From assembly GCF_964194025.1 (NCBI RefSeq), contig NC_134472.1, positions 21,204,001 through 21,268,000 on the forward strand: a DNA stretch of 64,000 bases, written 5' to 3'. The stretch is from Convolutriloba macropyga (taxonomy: Eukaryota). The notes below the pieces were generated by a model. The model worked only from the letters and a program-made list of their open reading frames with translations, made no database searches and had not been told where the DNA came from. Of the stretch, positions 49,277 through 61,578 are shown piece by piece. The stretch's first letter is position 1, and each line of letters opens with the position of its first letter. Position numbers and translations under genes: made by a program.

Positions 49277-51227
49277 ATAGCTGCGAAGCTGTAAGCTGAG
49301 CGTAGCTATATTGCGGTGCTCTTGGTTTTTTTTACAATTCAAAGAATTTGAATTGTATTGGGGCGCTGTCTTTTTTACGACTCGAAGAGGAGTATTGGAG
49401 AAGTCCTTTTTTTTTTAATCAATTTTATTGGAGTGATTTTTGAAGCGGGAAGTGAAAGGCGTGAAAAAATTTGCAGTGATTTTGGCGCTGAACAAAAGTG
49501 AAGAGCGGAGCGAAAAGAGAGTGGTATTTGTTCATACCGCTGTTTTTGAGAGAGCGAGAAATTGATGTGTGAAAAAATTTTCTCTAAGCGAGCGAAATTT
49601 TTTGTTCACGTGCGGCATTTTAAAGCAGTTTTTTTTTCATTTTTTTGGTTTAGAGGTTTGGTTATGATTTTGTTTTAATTTTAGGCTGGTTCCGGTAGTG
49701 GTTTGAAGGTTCCTGGAAATTAATATGAATTTTATGATAATTCGGAGGTTTTTAATGTATTTTGCTGATTTTCGAGCTAATTTTTGCGTTTTTTTGACGA
49801 TTTTTTTGTTTTACTGGCTCAAATGGGTATTGAAGAAACCCCTTCTACTTGAGCTATTTTATGATAACAATTGGTTACAGTTTTGTGGGTGAGAATCATT
49901 TTTTTGTTGAGAAATATGACAAAAAAATGGCGAAAATTGGAACTATTTTTCTTAATTTTTTGCAGTTTTTCGTTTTTTTTTTCTGTTTCTAGCAAGTTTT
50001 TTGCCTATTATGACATGCCTATTGTTTTACGAGCGTCTGGATACCCTATCGGTTGAAGGGAATTTTTCTCTGGATTTATATGTTTTTGAAATATTAAAAA
50101 AATTAGTAACTCTTTCCAGCTTTTCAGTGAACGTTGTTTTTAAGAGCTTTTTTTTCATAATTTTAGCCTATAGTAGTTTCTCAAAATTCACATAAGTGGT
50201 TTTTGTAAGTACTAGTTGTTTTGATAAAGTTATGTTGCCACAGATAATTTTTTCGGGATCTCAATTTATAACAAAATTTGATCAGATTTTTAATCATTTT
50301 AACAGATTTGATTTTATTGTTTTTACTTCTTTGTTTCATGACTTTGTTTCAAGATAATTATAAATTAGTGAAGGCACATTTTGTTTGATGAGTAGTTGGA
50401 TGGCGTTTAAATGGATTTTCACTTCGAGTCGTTTCCGGAATTCTTCCGGCTATGTTTTTTTTTAAGATCCGTTCACACATTTTCACGATTTTTGAAGTCA
50501 AATTGGAGTAGTGATTTTGGTCACGCCGAAACAGGAAATGGAGCGAAAAAGCAAGTGGTTTTGCGGCGTGAAATTTTTTTGCTCTAAATTTAAAGTAGAG
50601 TGAGAAAACGGTGTTTGAACAAAAATTCGCTTTCTCGCTAGTGGTTTTTTGTTCACATGCGGCAATTTCACTTTGATTTTTACTGTTTTTTCGATTTTTT
50701 GGATCGGATTTTTTTCGAAATGGTCTTTCCAATCCATTCATAGTCCGTTTTAGGTCTAGTTTTTTTAGTCAATGAAAATTCTTTGAATTGTACGTCAGGA
50801 CTTGTCCTGCTATGTTTTTTTGTTTCGTCGTCTGACGCTTTATTTTCGTTTTACATTTGTTCTAGAACATTCTGTCTCGTCACTGCTTAAATGGCTTTTT
50901 CGCGCTTGATTTCACGCTTTCTGCGTGACCTAAATTGCGGTTATTCAGAAACAGAATCTGTTCCTAAAACAAAGTTGATTGTAAGAAAACAGATTTTATG
51001 GTCCGACACCTGAGTGGTTAAGGCGACTGGATGTTAATCCGGAGATCGCCGGTTCGAGACGCGACAGGGAAACTTTTTTTTCACCCAAAAACAACCTTTG
51101 AAATAAACTTGTAAGTTTTATAGGCGGCGGCGATAACTATTATCAACTCACTTCTGTATCTTTTTCCATCTGTATTTGACGGCACGCAAGTCTATTTCGC
51201 AGCTATTCCGGCAATCTGCCGGCTATG
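49277..51227 (+). mobile_element. Triple nest: family Z (49277-51227) > family X (49334-50814) > family W (49377-50454)
   Basis: Three matched pairs of termini open in the order Z, X, W and close in the order W, X, Z. Removing W restores the 13062-13608 X-family sequence; removing X restores the host of 4608-6867. Confidence 0.85.
51000..51073 (+). pseudogene. Second copy of the tRNA-derived Pol III cassette
   Basis: Near-identical to 6637-6710, with B-box GGTTCGAGAC and a following T-run. Confidence 0.7.
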
Positions 51228-51839
51228 TTTATATTTATTTATTTTGTTAGTTATTATTAAGAGACGTACTTTCTCAAATTGGGGATGATGGCGATGCCAA
51301 ATAATAGCAATAAATAGCCGCTCCACTCTCGATACATCCTATGCAGAATGCATCGTTTTAAACTTTTCTCACAACACCAACGACTTTAACTTAATTTATT
51401 GCTGACAAGTAAATCCCAATGGCTGCGCTTGTAAAGATTTGTCTAAAGCCTCACTTGAATCAAAAATACTCTCAGATGAATGGCTTGTTGGATCAAAACT
51501 TCGAATACAATCAAATGTCCTCTGCTGTGAAAAGGTTAGACTCGTCTGCCTTATTATTGTACAAATTATATTGCCTGAAAATCAGCCCCAGCTGGATGCG
51601 AAGAATTGCTTCTATAGAAGAAGTATAATGGATATTTTAAACTCAACACAACAGTTGAATTGATTATATTCTTTCTAAGTAAGCAACATTTGTATTTTCG
51701 AAAACTAACAAACTCTAATTTACTTGCTGATTATTGCTCTGATATTTTTGATTGATTGAACGCAGCATTGAAATGCAATTGAAATGCATTTATAGGATTT
51801 GGAAAAGTTTATTTTCAAAAGGTAGACATTTTGATTTGT

Positions 51840-52214
51840 TTTAAGATGCGGTCTTTTAAAATGTCTTCACATAGTTTCATGATTTTTGAAGGCAAATTGA
51901 ATTGATAATTTTTGTCACGCCGAAAGAGGAATTGGAGCAAAAAAGCGAGTGATTATGGTACGTGAAATTTTAACACTCTAATTTTAAGAAAGAGTGAAAC
52001 AACGGTGTTTGAACAAAACAAAAAAATCGTATTCTTGTTTGTAGTTTTTTTTTGTTTTCATGCGGCAAATTGACTTTAGTTTTTACTCTATTTTTGTTAT
52101 TTCATTGGATTTTTCAAATGGTTTTCCCAATCCATTCAGAGTCCAATCTAAGTTGAGTTTTTGTATAATCTTTGAAAACTCTTAGAATTGTAGCACAGGA
52201 TTTGTCCTGCTATG
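51840..52214 (+). mobile_element. 5'-truncated family X element
   Basis: Homologous to 50460-50814; ends caggatttgtcctgctatg. Confidence 0.65.
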
Positions 52215-52899
52215 TTTTTTATTTTTGTTTTAGCTTTGGATCACGTTTTGCGGCTTACATAAGTCATGACCTTCACTTACGATCTCTGACTTACCTCACT
52301 CAATAATTCAACTGAATGGAACGTAGAATTCATCCAGAAAATCAGCGCGAGTACGTTTAGGGTCAGAAGGCGAAACTATTTGGACAGGTTTTACTTTTTA
52401 CAGAAGTCATGATTTTCACTTTTGACTTCTGACGTACCTCACTTAGTAATTAGAAAATTACTTTTCTTATTTTAGAAAATAGAATTTTGTTCTTAGGGAA
52501 CAGTGAATTACGAAAAATTTGCGGAAAAACCTATTTAGTTTACAAAAATATCTCATCCACTGATCTTTTGCAGCTCATTTATCACGGCTAAATTAGTTTT
52601 AACTGAAAGGATTTTAAGTTCTTTCACTCATTGAAATAAGCAATGTAGTGAATACAGTCAAGATCGAAACATCAAAATAATAATTAAAAAATTGGATAAA
52701 GCGATAAAGCCCGCTCATAGTGCATTAGGTTATCAACAAAGTTCATTATAGCGATTGCTAGCTGGCAGTAATATTAAGCTCAATAGCCTTCAGTTTAGAA
52801 ACTGAATTAAATTTAAGTCTAGAGTCTATCTGAAACTGCGCACCCATTTTGACACTTAGAAACGATTTCTGTCGATTTTGACTTCTGTTTCAATCCTGA

Positions 52900-55800
52900 C
52901 AATTATATTTGTAGGATGTAATTTGACTGCTTATTTGACGCTCATCAGACGCTCATTTGACTGCTTTTGGAGACGCTCATTTGACTGCCTATTAGACGCT
53001 CATTTGACTGCTTATCAGACGCTCATTTGACTGCTTATCAGACGCTCATTTGACTGCTTATTGAGACGCTCATTTGACTGCTTACAGGCGCTCATTTGAT
53101 TGCATTGAGACGCTCATTTGACTGCTTATCAGACGCTCATTTGACTGCTAATAGAACAGTCGCTCTTTCTTTCTCTCTTACTTTCGAACAATATCCTCAC
53201 TGACCTTAAAGAGTCTGACCTTCTCCTCTTTGACCTTAAAGAATTTTGTTGAAAACACTCGATTCTGAGCATTATTCATGCATTTCTAAACACATAACAG
53301 CTCTCAAGTCACACAGTAAAGCAATATTATTGTTTAATAAACAATAATGATCGATGATAAACAGTATTCCTCTGAAAAAACAAGACATTTACCAGCTCTA
53401 TGTTAAAACTTACAAAAAATTGGAAGAAAAAGAGAAATTTATAGAGGATACAATTACAAAATTTACCAAGATGATGGAGTCTGGTTTGTATATGGCTAAT
53501 CCCCAACTGGTAGGGGGTGAGACGGTTCAGGGTGGGGTTCTAATTGCAAAAGAATATAAAACAGTAGGCACCATGACGGAGGCGAACGAATTGGTCCGCG
53601 ATTTCCCAAAAAAAAGAAGTGTCACCGGAATGCGAAAACCTTGTTATTGGCAGTAGTATAATAGGCAAGCTTGAGATCGGCAAATCTATTCCAATCGACT
53701 GCGCAATTCATGCTTATCGTGGGTGCACTACCAACGAGAAAATTAAAGTTTTGAACAAATACGACCCAAAAAAAAATCCGAACATTAGTAATTCAAGACG
53801 GAACAAACAACGTGCTGAAACATAATAGTAAATCTGCCAACGAAAATTTCCTTCAACACAAAAAACTAATTGACTTATGCATTGAAAAATTCAATCCAGA
53901 TGTTTGCGTTGTTTGCGAAATACCACCATTGAAAAACATCGAGCGGTATCGGGATAAAAATGAAAAAATTGATGAAATCAATAATCTTATTACATCTTAC
54001 TATTCCGATAAACCATCTTTCAAGATAGCTTTTCTTAATGCTAATATTAAAAAGGTAAATGGTGCAGTAAACAAGGATAATTATAACGGTAGTGATTCCA
54101 TTGGATATAATTTCTTATATTTTGATAATGTGCATTTAAACTACCAGCTTGGTGTGCCTCTTCTCAAAAACTGGCTGCTTTCTCATCTTCTTTTGACATC
54201 TAATGGTAGCATCTGTCCCAAAGGACTCTATCAAAACAAAAGCCTAAATAATAAAAGTCCTCAAAACGCCTACAGCTCTAATTATCGAAATAAACCATAC
54301 AACTACCCCCAAACAAACAGAAATAATTTATCGACTTATAACAATAGTTATCAGCCTGTGAATCAAAGATACTCCGCACTAAACTATAAAGGTGCTTCTA
54401 ATTATTATGCCTAATCCTATCAAAGACCCCCATTCCAGTAAAACGATAATTTGTAATACTGATGATTTAGACAACTGTTGTTGCAATTGTTTAAAATAAA
54501 TGACATTGAACATCTTCTTTTCGTCAACCCAAGAATAACAATGTTTTTATTTAGTTTTGCTACTGTTGGCCTCAAGAATTCCCGCGTCAACAGTGGCAAT
54601 TACATTACATAGCAAAACAAAAATTTTCAACTTTCGACGAAGGCTTTGGAAAAGCTTTTAAGTATCTTCCACAAACAGGGTTTTTATTTGTAGGATGTAA
54701 AATTATTACTATATTTCTTTTTCTGATTAGCTTAACGCTACTCATAAGGGCTGGTGATGTAGAAACAAACCCAGGACCTGTTTTAACATACAATGATTCT
54801 ATCAAAATGACTCTAAAAAGAGAGTCGGAAATAAAAATTTATCATCTAAATGTACAAAGCATTCTTAGCAAGAAAGAACAACTACGCACGCTAGTGCACG
54901 ATCTTGGTCCTAACTGCATTTTTTTGTTTCACAGAAACATGGCTTTGTGAGTTTTATGATATAAACGTTTTCAATCGTGAAAAAGAAAGATACTGTTGTT
55001 TCAGGTCTGACCGTATTTCGCCTGCCGGAACGAAAACGAAAAAAGGTGGTGGAGTTATGATGCTTGTTCCAAAGGTTTTTTTCTCCAAAAATTCGTAATG
55101 ATTTGAATCTTTTTACGGGGAATTTTGAGAGTGTATGGGTCTCATTGAAAATACCAACTTGTCCATCCTTACTAGTGAATGTTACTTATAACCCCAATAA
55201 ACAAAACGGCACTGATTTTTTGGACCAACTTGCAATTAACATTGATAATGCAATTACGAAAAACGAAAAGATAATACTTCTGGGCGACTATAACATCAAC
55301 TATTTAGATACCTTGGAAAGATCTAGGCTTGAAACAGTAATACTTCCTTATGATTTACATATAAAGAACCAAACCATTCCTACTCGTTTAAACCGGGGCA
55401 ACAATACCATCAGCCTTATTGATTACATTATTACTGACTGTTCAACTATAAACGACACTCTAATTTGTGATAGCATAGTGAAAAGTGACCAATTTGCTAC
55501 TCTAAGTCTATTAGGGCTTCATGTTGAAACAAAAGGTACCAGTCCAGAAAAAAGTTTTCGATATAAAGAACTATAATGCACTTGATTTTAAACACTGCCT
55601 AGAACAACAAAACTGGCAAAAAATGTATATTCTGAACAACTTGGATTCAATGCTACAAGTTTTCTATGAAAATTTTACGACAGCACTTTCGAAAAGCGCT
55701 CCACTTAAAAAATGTTTTATCCGAAATGACAAAAGTTTTTTACATTAACAGACAAATGGTTAAGTAGAAAATCAAGACAACTGATGGTCGATCGAGATAG

Positions 55801-57870
55801 GTTTTTGAATGATAAAGACTATGAAAATTTCTTTGATCTAAAAACCAGTTTAGTATTTCTAATGACAACGATTTCAACAGATTTCATAGAAATCTTTTTG
55901 AAGCAGCAGAAAGTGACAGAAAAAAGTGGATGCTGATAAATGAAGTAAGAAACTCTGAAAAAACAAAACCCAGAATCTACAGTTTGAGAAATGTATTTGG
56001 TGATTATGTAACCCAAACAAAAAAACTGCTAACCTGTTGAACTATCGTTTCTCTACATTTGTGAATTTCCAAGGCCCTCAGCATCCACTACATTTTCTGG
56101 GACAGGCAATCCTAAACAAAAAACTTTTAGCTTTCACTATGTAACGGAAAAAGACTGTCATGACGCAATTAGGGCACTGGGGAGAAATAAACTGATTGGA
56201 CCATCAAACATTCCTGCATGGGCTATTAAAGACTCAAGCTCTGTCATTGTTCCTCATTTAAATTTCCTTGTGAACTACTGCATCAAATTATCGTGCTTCC
56301 CCAATGAGCTTAAACGAGCACATGTTGTACCACTATACAAGAAAGATGACCCTGAGGAACCTAATAACTATCGCCCAATTTCCATTACCCCATGCCTTTC
56401 TAAGATCATTGAAACCATCTTGAGGGATCAAATTTGTCAGTACCTTCACGACAACAAATTACTAAGTAAAAATCAGTATGGTTTTAGGAAAAAGTTTTCT
56501 ACCATCGATTCCCTATTATTTTGCACAGAATTCATCAGAAACAAAACTGACATTAACATTTTGGTCACAGCAGCATTTCTTGACCTATCAAAAGCTTTGA
56601 TTCTATCAATTATGACATTTTGGATATCAAGTTAGGTAACTTAGGTTTTGATGAGAGCTCAAAAAATCTCTTAAGAAGTTTCGTTACAAACCGCCGCCAA
56701 TCCGTTGTACTACAAGATTGCATATCAGATGAACTAATGCTTCATAGAGGTGTACCACAAGGAACAGTACTTGGTCCGCTCCTATTTAATCTGTACATTA
56801 ATGACATGGCAACAAGAGTTGACAATGAAATTGAACTCATATAATATGCTGACGATACCGTTATTTTAACTTTTGATACCTCCATTGACAAAAGCAAAAT
56901 CAAGTTAGAGCAAAATGCAAACAAACTTATTCGATTTTTTCATGAACATCACCTCACAGTTAATACCTCTAAAACTGAATTCATTATATTTGGTAAGAGC
57001 AAAAGAAAAGATTTCAGTGAACAGATAATTTTAGATTCAATTCCAATAGACGAGAAACCTGAAGTAAAATATTTAGGGGTTCACATAGACAACAATTTAA
57101 CGTTTCAAGAGGAAGTGAAACATATCTTACGAAAAATGGCCCGAGGAATAAAAACAATTTATGCTATTAGAAAATCAATTCCACAAAAACTATTGATACT
57201 TGTCCTAAATGCCCTAGTATTAAGTCACTTGCACTACTCAGCGGTTATCAATCACGCAATTGAGCAAAATTTAATAATGTCTCTTGAGAAACAGCTTAAC
57301 TGGTCATTACGAGCAACCTTTTTTGGAGAGAAATTTGAATCTGTTCAAGATATTAAATGCAGTCGGAATATACTACCCGTAAAACTCTTTTTAAAAACAA
57401 AAAGATTACAATACTTTTGGAAAATAAAAAAACAGTTATGACCTGCTTTTTCACCATCTTCGGGACGTCCTTTAATCACCTGGAATCTTCATGAGTCTGT
57501 AAGGACAAAAAAATTGTTCTGGGACCAAAAAATTTTCTCTATCAAAAGGCAAAACTCGTTTGTTAGATTAGCGATACTAGATTGGAATGAACTACCCAGC
57601 GAAATTAAAATCAAACAAGACAAAAAAAAGTTTCCCCAAGCAACTTAGAACTTTCTTCTCCTCAGCTTACAAAAGGAACCCTTTTTTGTGGAAGGTTACT
57701 TATTCAACATGGCGTGACTTTAAATTTGGAAAATGAATTAGAACTACTGTTTACTGGTTGGGTTGACTTTATAAACTTAATTAATTTTTATTTTGAGATA
57801 TGCGACATAATTTGAATTTAACTCAAGTTTTCTGTTATAATATGTAAATAATAAATCCATTTAAATAATT
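52900..57870 (+). mobile_element. Near-full-length decayed LINE (CR1/L2 group) in UBE2G2 intron 1: SGNH-esterase ORF1, 2A-like peptide, APE endonuclease, RT
   Basis: ORF1 fragments 53354-54414 (VIGSSI, QDGTN, DNVH). ORF2 motifs GDVETNPGP, HLNVQS, TETWL, GGGV, LLGDYNI, IDYII, NNYRPIS, QYGFR, FLDLSKA, GVPQGTVLGPLLF, YADDT, KYLGV. Many frameshifts and stops; ends approximate. Confidence 0.92.
52921..53150 (+). repeat. Tandem array of ~21-24 bp units (gacgctcatttgactgctta..), about 9 copies, just upstream of LINE ORF1
   Basis: Units seen directly; no unique spacers. Confidence 0.9.
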
Positions 57871-58236
57871 ACACTGCCGGACTAATATCAATTGTACTCG
57901 TTGATGTGGATCGGAATTCAGTGTTTTTTGTAAACTTGTTATTTCCTATATTGAATGAACGATGGCCCTAGTATTTGTTCGGAGACAGGTTAATTTCAAG
58001 GAAAATGTACTTTTTTGTTTGTTCCTCGAAATTGTGCAAAAAAGAAAACCACTGTTTTTAAATTCGATACTTTGTAGTGCTGCCACTCGCTTGATTCGCA
58101 GAAATTGCCGACAATAAGGATTACCTCTAGCCGGTAATTCCTTTCCTGCTGAGATCAAGTCGAAAATTCTTCATTGATTACAATGGCTCACTATACATGT
58201 GGTCTTAACTTTTTTATGCATACAGTATTTATTTAG

Positions 58237-58458
58237 GCATAATCGCAGGACCAAAAGATGAGGAGAATTTCTTTGAGTGGGAGGCATACATTCGAGGACC
58301 AGAGAACAGTTACTATGAGAACGGAGTGTTCCCAGCCACCATCACATTCCCCACAGACTACCCCATGAGTCCCCCCAAAATGAGATTTACCTGTGATCTG
58401 TTCCACCCTAATGTTTACAGCAATGGAAACGTGTGCATATCAATATTACATTCGCCAG
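58237..58458 (+). CDS. UBE2G2: UBE2G2 exon 2 (HPN motif and catalytic Cys)
   Basis: [59 protein letters not shown]. Confidence 0.96.
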
Positions 58459-60064
58459 GTTAGTGGTGGTTCTTTATAGTATAGGTTAGTGGTGGTAGTT
58501 ATAGTGCTGACATCCATGTCTAATGTTTTATTGTTTTGTTTTATCGGGGGTTCCTCTCTACGTGAACGAAATTTTATTCTTCCTACTGTTGGAAAAATTT
58601 GGCCCTGTGTTTAATAGAAATACTAGTCATTATAGACAACCTAAATTACGATCAAGGTATCACGATCGAGGTGCAAAATATTACGAATGACTAACCAATC
58701 ATTTTCTTCGGGGGATCATGAAAATGAAGTACGCACCTCCCGAGCCGCGGTTTTTACTCTTGATTTGGTTAAAATGTACGAATTACTGGAGCTAATGGTA
58801 CGAAATCAAGAAATTGGATCTTGAAAAGGTAACCAATGTGTTTTATGTTTCATTACAATATGCTTGGCTATTGTAATCATTAATATGAGTCACTAAATTT
58901 AAGTCAGTTTCTTGCGATACAGTGCCGGCGAAGCTTCAGAAAATTACAATAGTGTGTATGAAGCTGTGCTAATGTGGGAAGCGAGTTAAATGGGAAATAT
59001 GATTTTTGTGCCAATCATCCTTTTGACAGCTCTGAACAAATAAACAAGACAAGGAAGTGTAACAGTTGTGCAACTGGAGTTTTCAATTTGTCATTGTCTC
59101 TTTTCCATTTATGTTTGAAACCATGTTGTTATTAATACAATGCAGAAGACTATGAACAATGGAATTTAGAGTGAATTCTTTACTTGTTAGCATACGGTTT
59201 ATTTTTCGTAGGCAAATCATATGTAAGCCTAAGACATTTTTTCAGTTTAGTGATAAGCAAAACAGATTTGTTCAATAGGTGAAAGGCGTTTCTGTTATGC
59301 TTGATCACCCATAGATTCATTCATCCCAATTTCTTCCAGATATGAAAAAAGCAGATTAAATTGGGACACAAATGTCCGCTGATTGAAACCGAACCCCTCC
59401 CCTCTCCCTCTCTCCGTACACGAATTGTCGCACAGCTGCTTAGTGCAAATTTATACATTCTGAACCATATCTGCCCGCTTAGTGGAGTTGGAACCAATTG
59501 ACCCCCATTGCCGTAACGATATACTTCATATAAGGGTGGCTATAATTTGCGATTGTCTATATTGCGACTGAATCTTGAAATCAAAACCGATGTGGATAAT
59601 GCTTATTAGCCCATCTCACCCAACCCTCCACCCACACGATCACCCCCACGACGAGAATTTGTTTTCATCATCCATGCGTGAATAATCGAATGCTTTTATT
59701 AACACTGGTTTAATCTATATTTCTGGCTTGGTTAAGACAAAGTTTAGGGAACTTTTAAGGTAATGTTACGGTAGTGAATTGAGGTAATTTTAAGGCAATC
59801 TAGAGTAAAATTTAAGGATTTTTTTAAGGTAGTGAGGCCTTAAGTTTTCAGAAGTTCAGGTAAAGTTAGTCTTAGTTAAGGCGAGTTAAGGAAATATACC
59901 TTAACAGTTAAGGTGAGTTAGGATGTTTTTTATGATGAAATTACCTTAACTTTATTTAGTGTGTAATAAGTGCGACTACCGATTACAATCAATGTGTAAT
60001 TTTATAGACATACGCAGCCATAGTCGACCCTTAACAGTTCCTGTTAACTGATATCTATGCTTAG

Positions 60065-60276
60065 GTGAGGACCCCACTGGTTATGAGAAGAGCAGTGAGA
60101 GATGGAGTGCAGTACAGGGGGTGGAAAAAATCCTCCTTTCTGTGATGAGCATGTTGGCTGAGCCAAACGACGAATCGGGTGCCAATGTTGATGCTAGTAA
60201 ACTGTACAGAGAAGATAGAGAGGCATTTGCACATAAAGCTGATTTGTGTGTGAGAAAGTCACTCAACTTGTCCTGA
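60065..60276 (+). CDS. UBE2G2: UBE2G2 exon 3
   Basis: [52 protein letters not shown]-stop, including the Ubc7-type acidic loop. Joined CDS is 501 nt (166 aa). Confidence 0.96.
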
Positions 60277-60835
60277 ATCAAATCAGGGTTCTTTTCCGTT
60301 TATGACCCCCCTCCCACCGCACCTTAGTGGGTGCATATTATTTGCAATCCCCAAGATCATGTACCTACACAATGACTGGAGACGTATGTTATTATTCAGT
60401 GAAGAGTATGAACGGGGAGGGGATGTTACGGAAGAGATTCTGAATCAATTATTTAGCGCAGCAGTACAATTCAAACTCAGTAGAAACTGAAGACTAAGCA
60501 GAATAATTAGGAGAATGGAACCAGTAAAATAATTTTAAAAAGTAATAATTTAGTGTCCTTGTATTAGTTTTCAATTTGAACTGATCTGTGACCAAAGTTT
60601 AAGGCTGATAATAATTTGAAAATTAATTTGTGATAAACGAAGGTAAGAGGAACTCATTAAGTGTTGTTTCGCTTCTGGCAAAAATTCCATAGTTGCTCAA
60701 GTTGCTTAGGTAAAGTGATTCTCTGGTTACTAGTTAAGGAGAGGTTGCGGGAAATACAAGTCATTGCGAAAATCTTCCGTCAACCGAGAACCGCGTTACC
60801 AGAATTTCGAAGTGTCTTTTGCAGACACGTAAGTA

Positions 60836-60950
60836 ATGGTTACGTGACTCTGCTTGAAGCCACTGAGAACTTCTGGCGTTTATCGAGAACCGCGAAGCGG
60901 TTCGAGATATTTAGAGTTTCGAAGTGACTTCTGCAGAGTCACGTAACCAT
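60836..60950. repeat. Inverted-repeat (MITE-like) hairpin element
   Basis: Perfect 18-bp arms ATGGTTACGTGACTCTGC / GCAGAGTCACGTAACCAT and an internal palindrome GAACCGC-gaa-GCGGTTC. Confidence 0.7.
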
Positions 60951-61134
60951 GGGTAAAACACGAACCGAGCACGTTTCAAAATGACGGGGAAGTCAACTTC
61001 TGGCTAAATAGGAAATTCTGGCATTTTAACTTCTGGCATTGCAGACTTTCGGCATTTTGAAATGTGCACGTGAGTGTTTTAACCTTTCGTGAAAACACAA
61101 ATCACAATATCTAAAATTTTGGCGCTAGTAGTGA

Positions 61135-61578
61135 TGTGTCTTTCTGGGCAAACTACGGGGGGGGGACATAAGTGTCTTCCCGTGAACACTACGGGGGGGG
61201 GGGGGGGGGACAAAAGTGTCTTCCTGGGCAAACTACAGGGTGGGACACTTTGAAATTCTTTCTCCTTATTTCCCCTGCCATGCATGAAACTAATCTTAGG
61301 AAACCATTTTCCCTCCACTTGCGTGACTGGTTTGCCGCTTTGGGCTTGAAGCCATTTTAACTACCACCGCTTCGAAAGTTAATTCGTCATATGTCTGAGC
61401 CAGGGTATTTAAGTCTTGTTTTGGTCTGGGCCATAAGTGTCTTCCCGTGAACACTACAGGAGGGGACATAAGTTTCTTCCCGGGCAAACTACAGGGGGGG
61501 GACATAAGTGTCTTCCCGTGAACACTACAGGGGGGGGGGACATAAGTGTCTTCCCGGGCAAACTACAGGGGGGACACT
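61135..61578 (+). repeat. Minisatellite of ~33-40 bp units with G-runs, in two clusters
   Basis: aagtgtcttccc(gtgaac/gggcaa)actac(a)-Gn-acat repeated about 7 times. Confidence 0.88.

Noticed and set aside
52921-53150. CRISPR-like short repeat array
   Set aside because: Units are contiguous with only a few nt of variation, there are no unique spacers or cas genes, and the context is eukaryotic and adjacent to a LINE.
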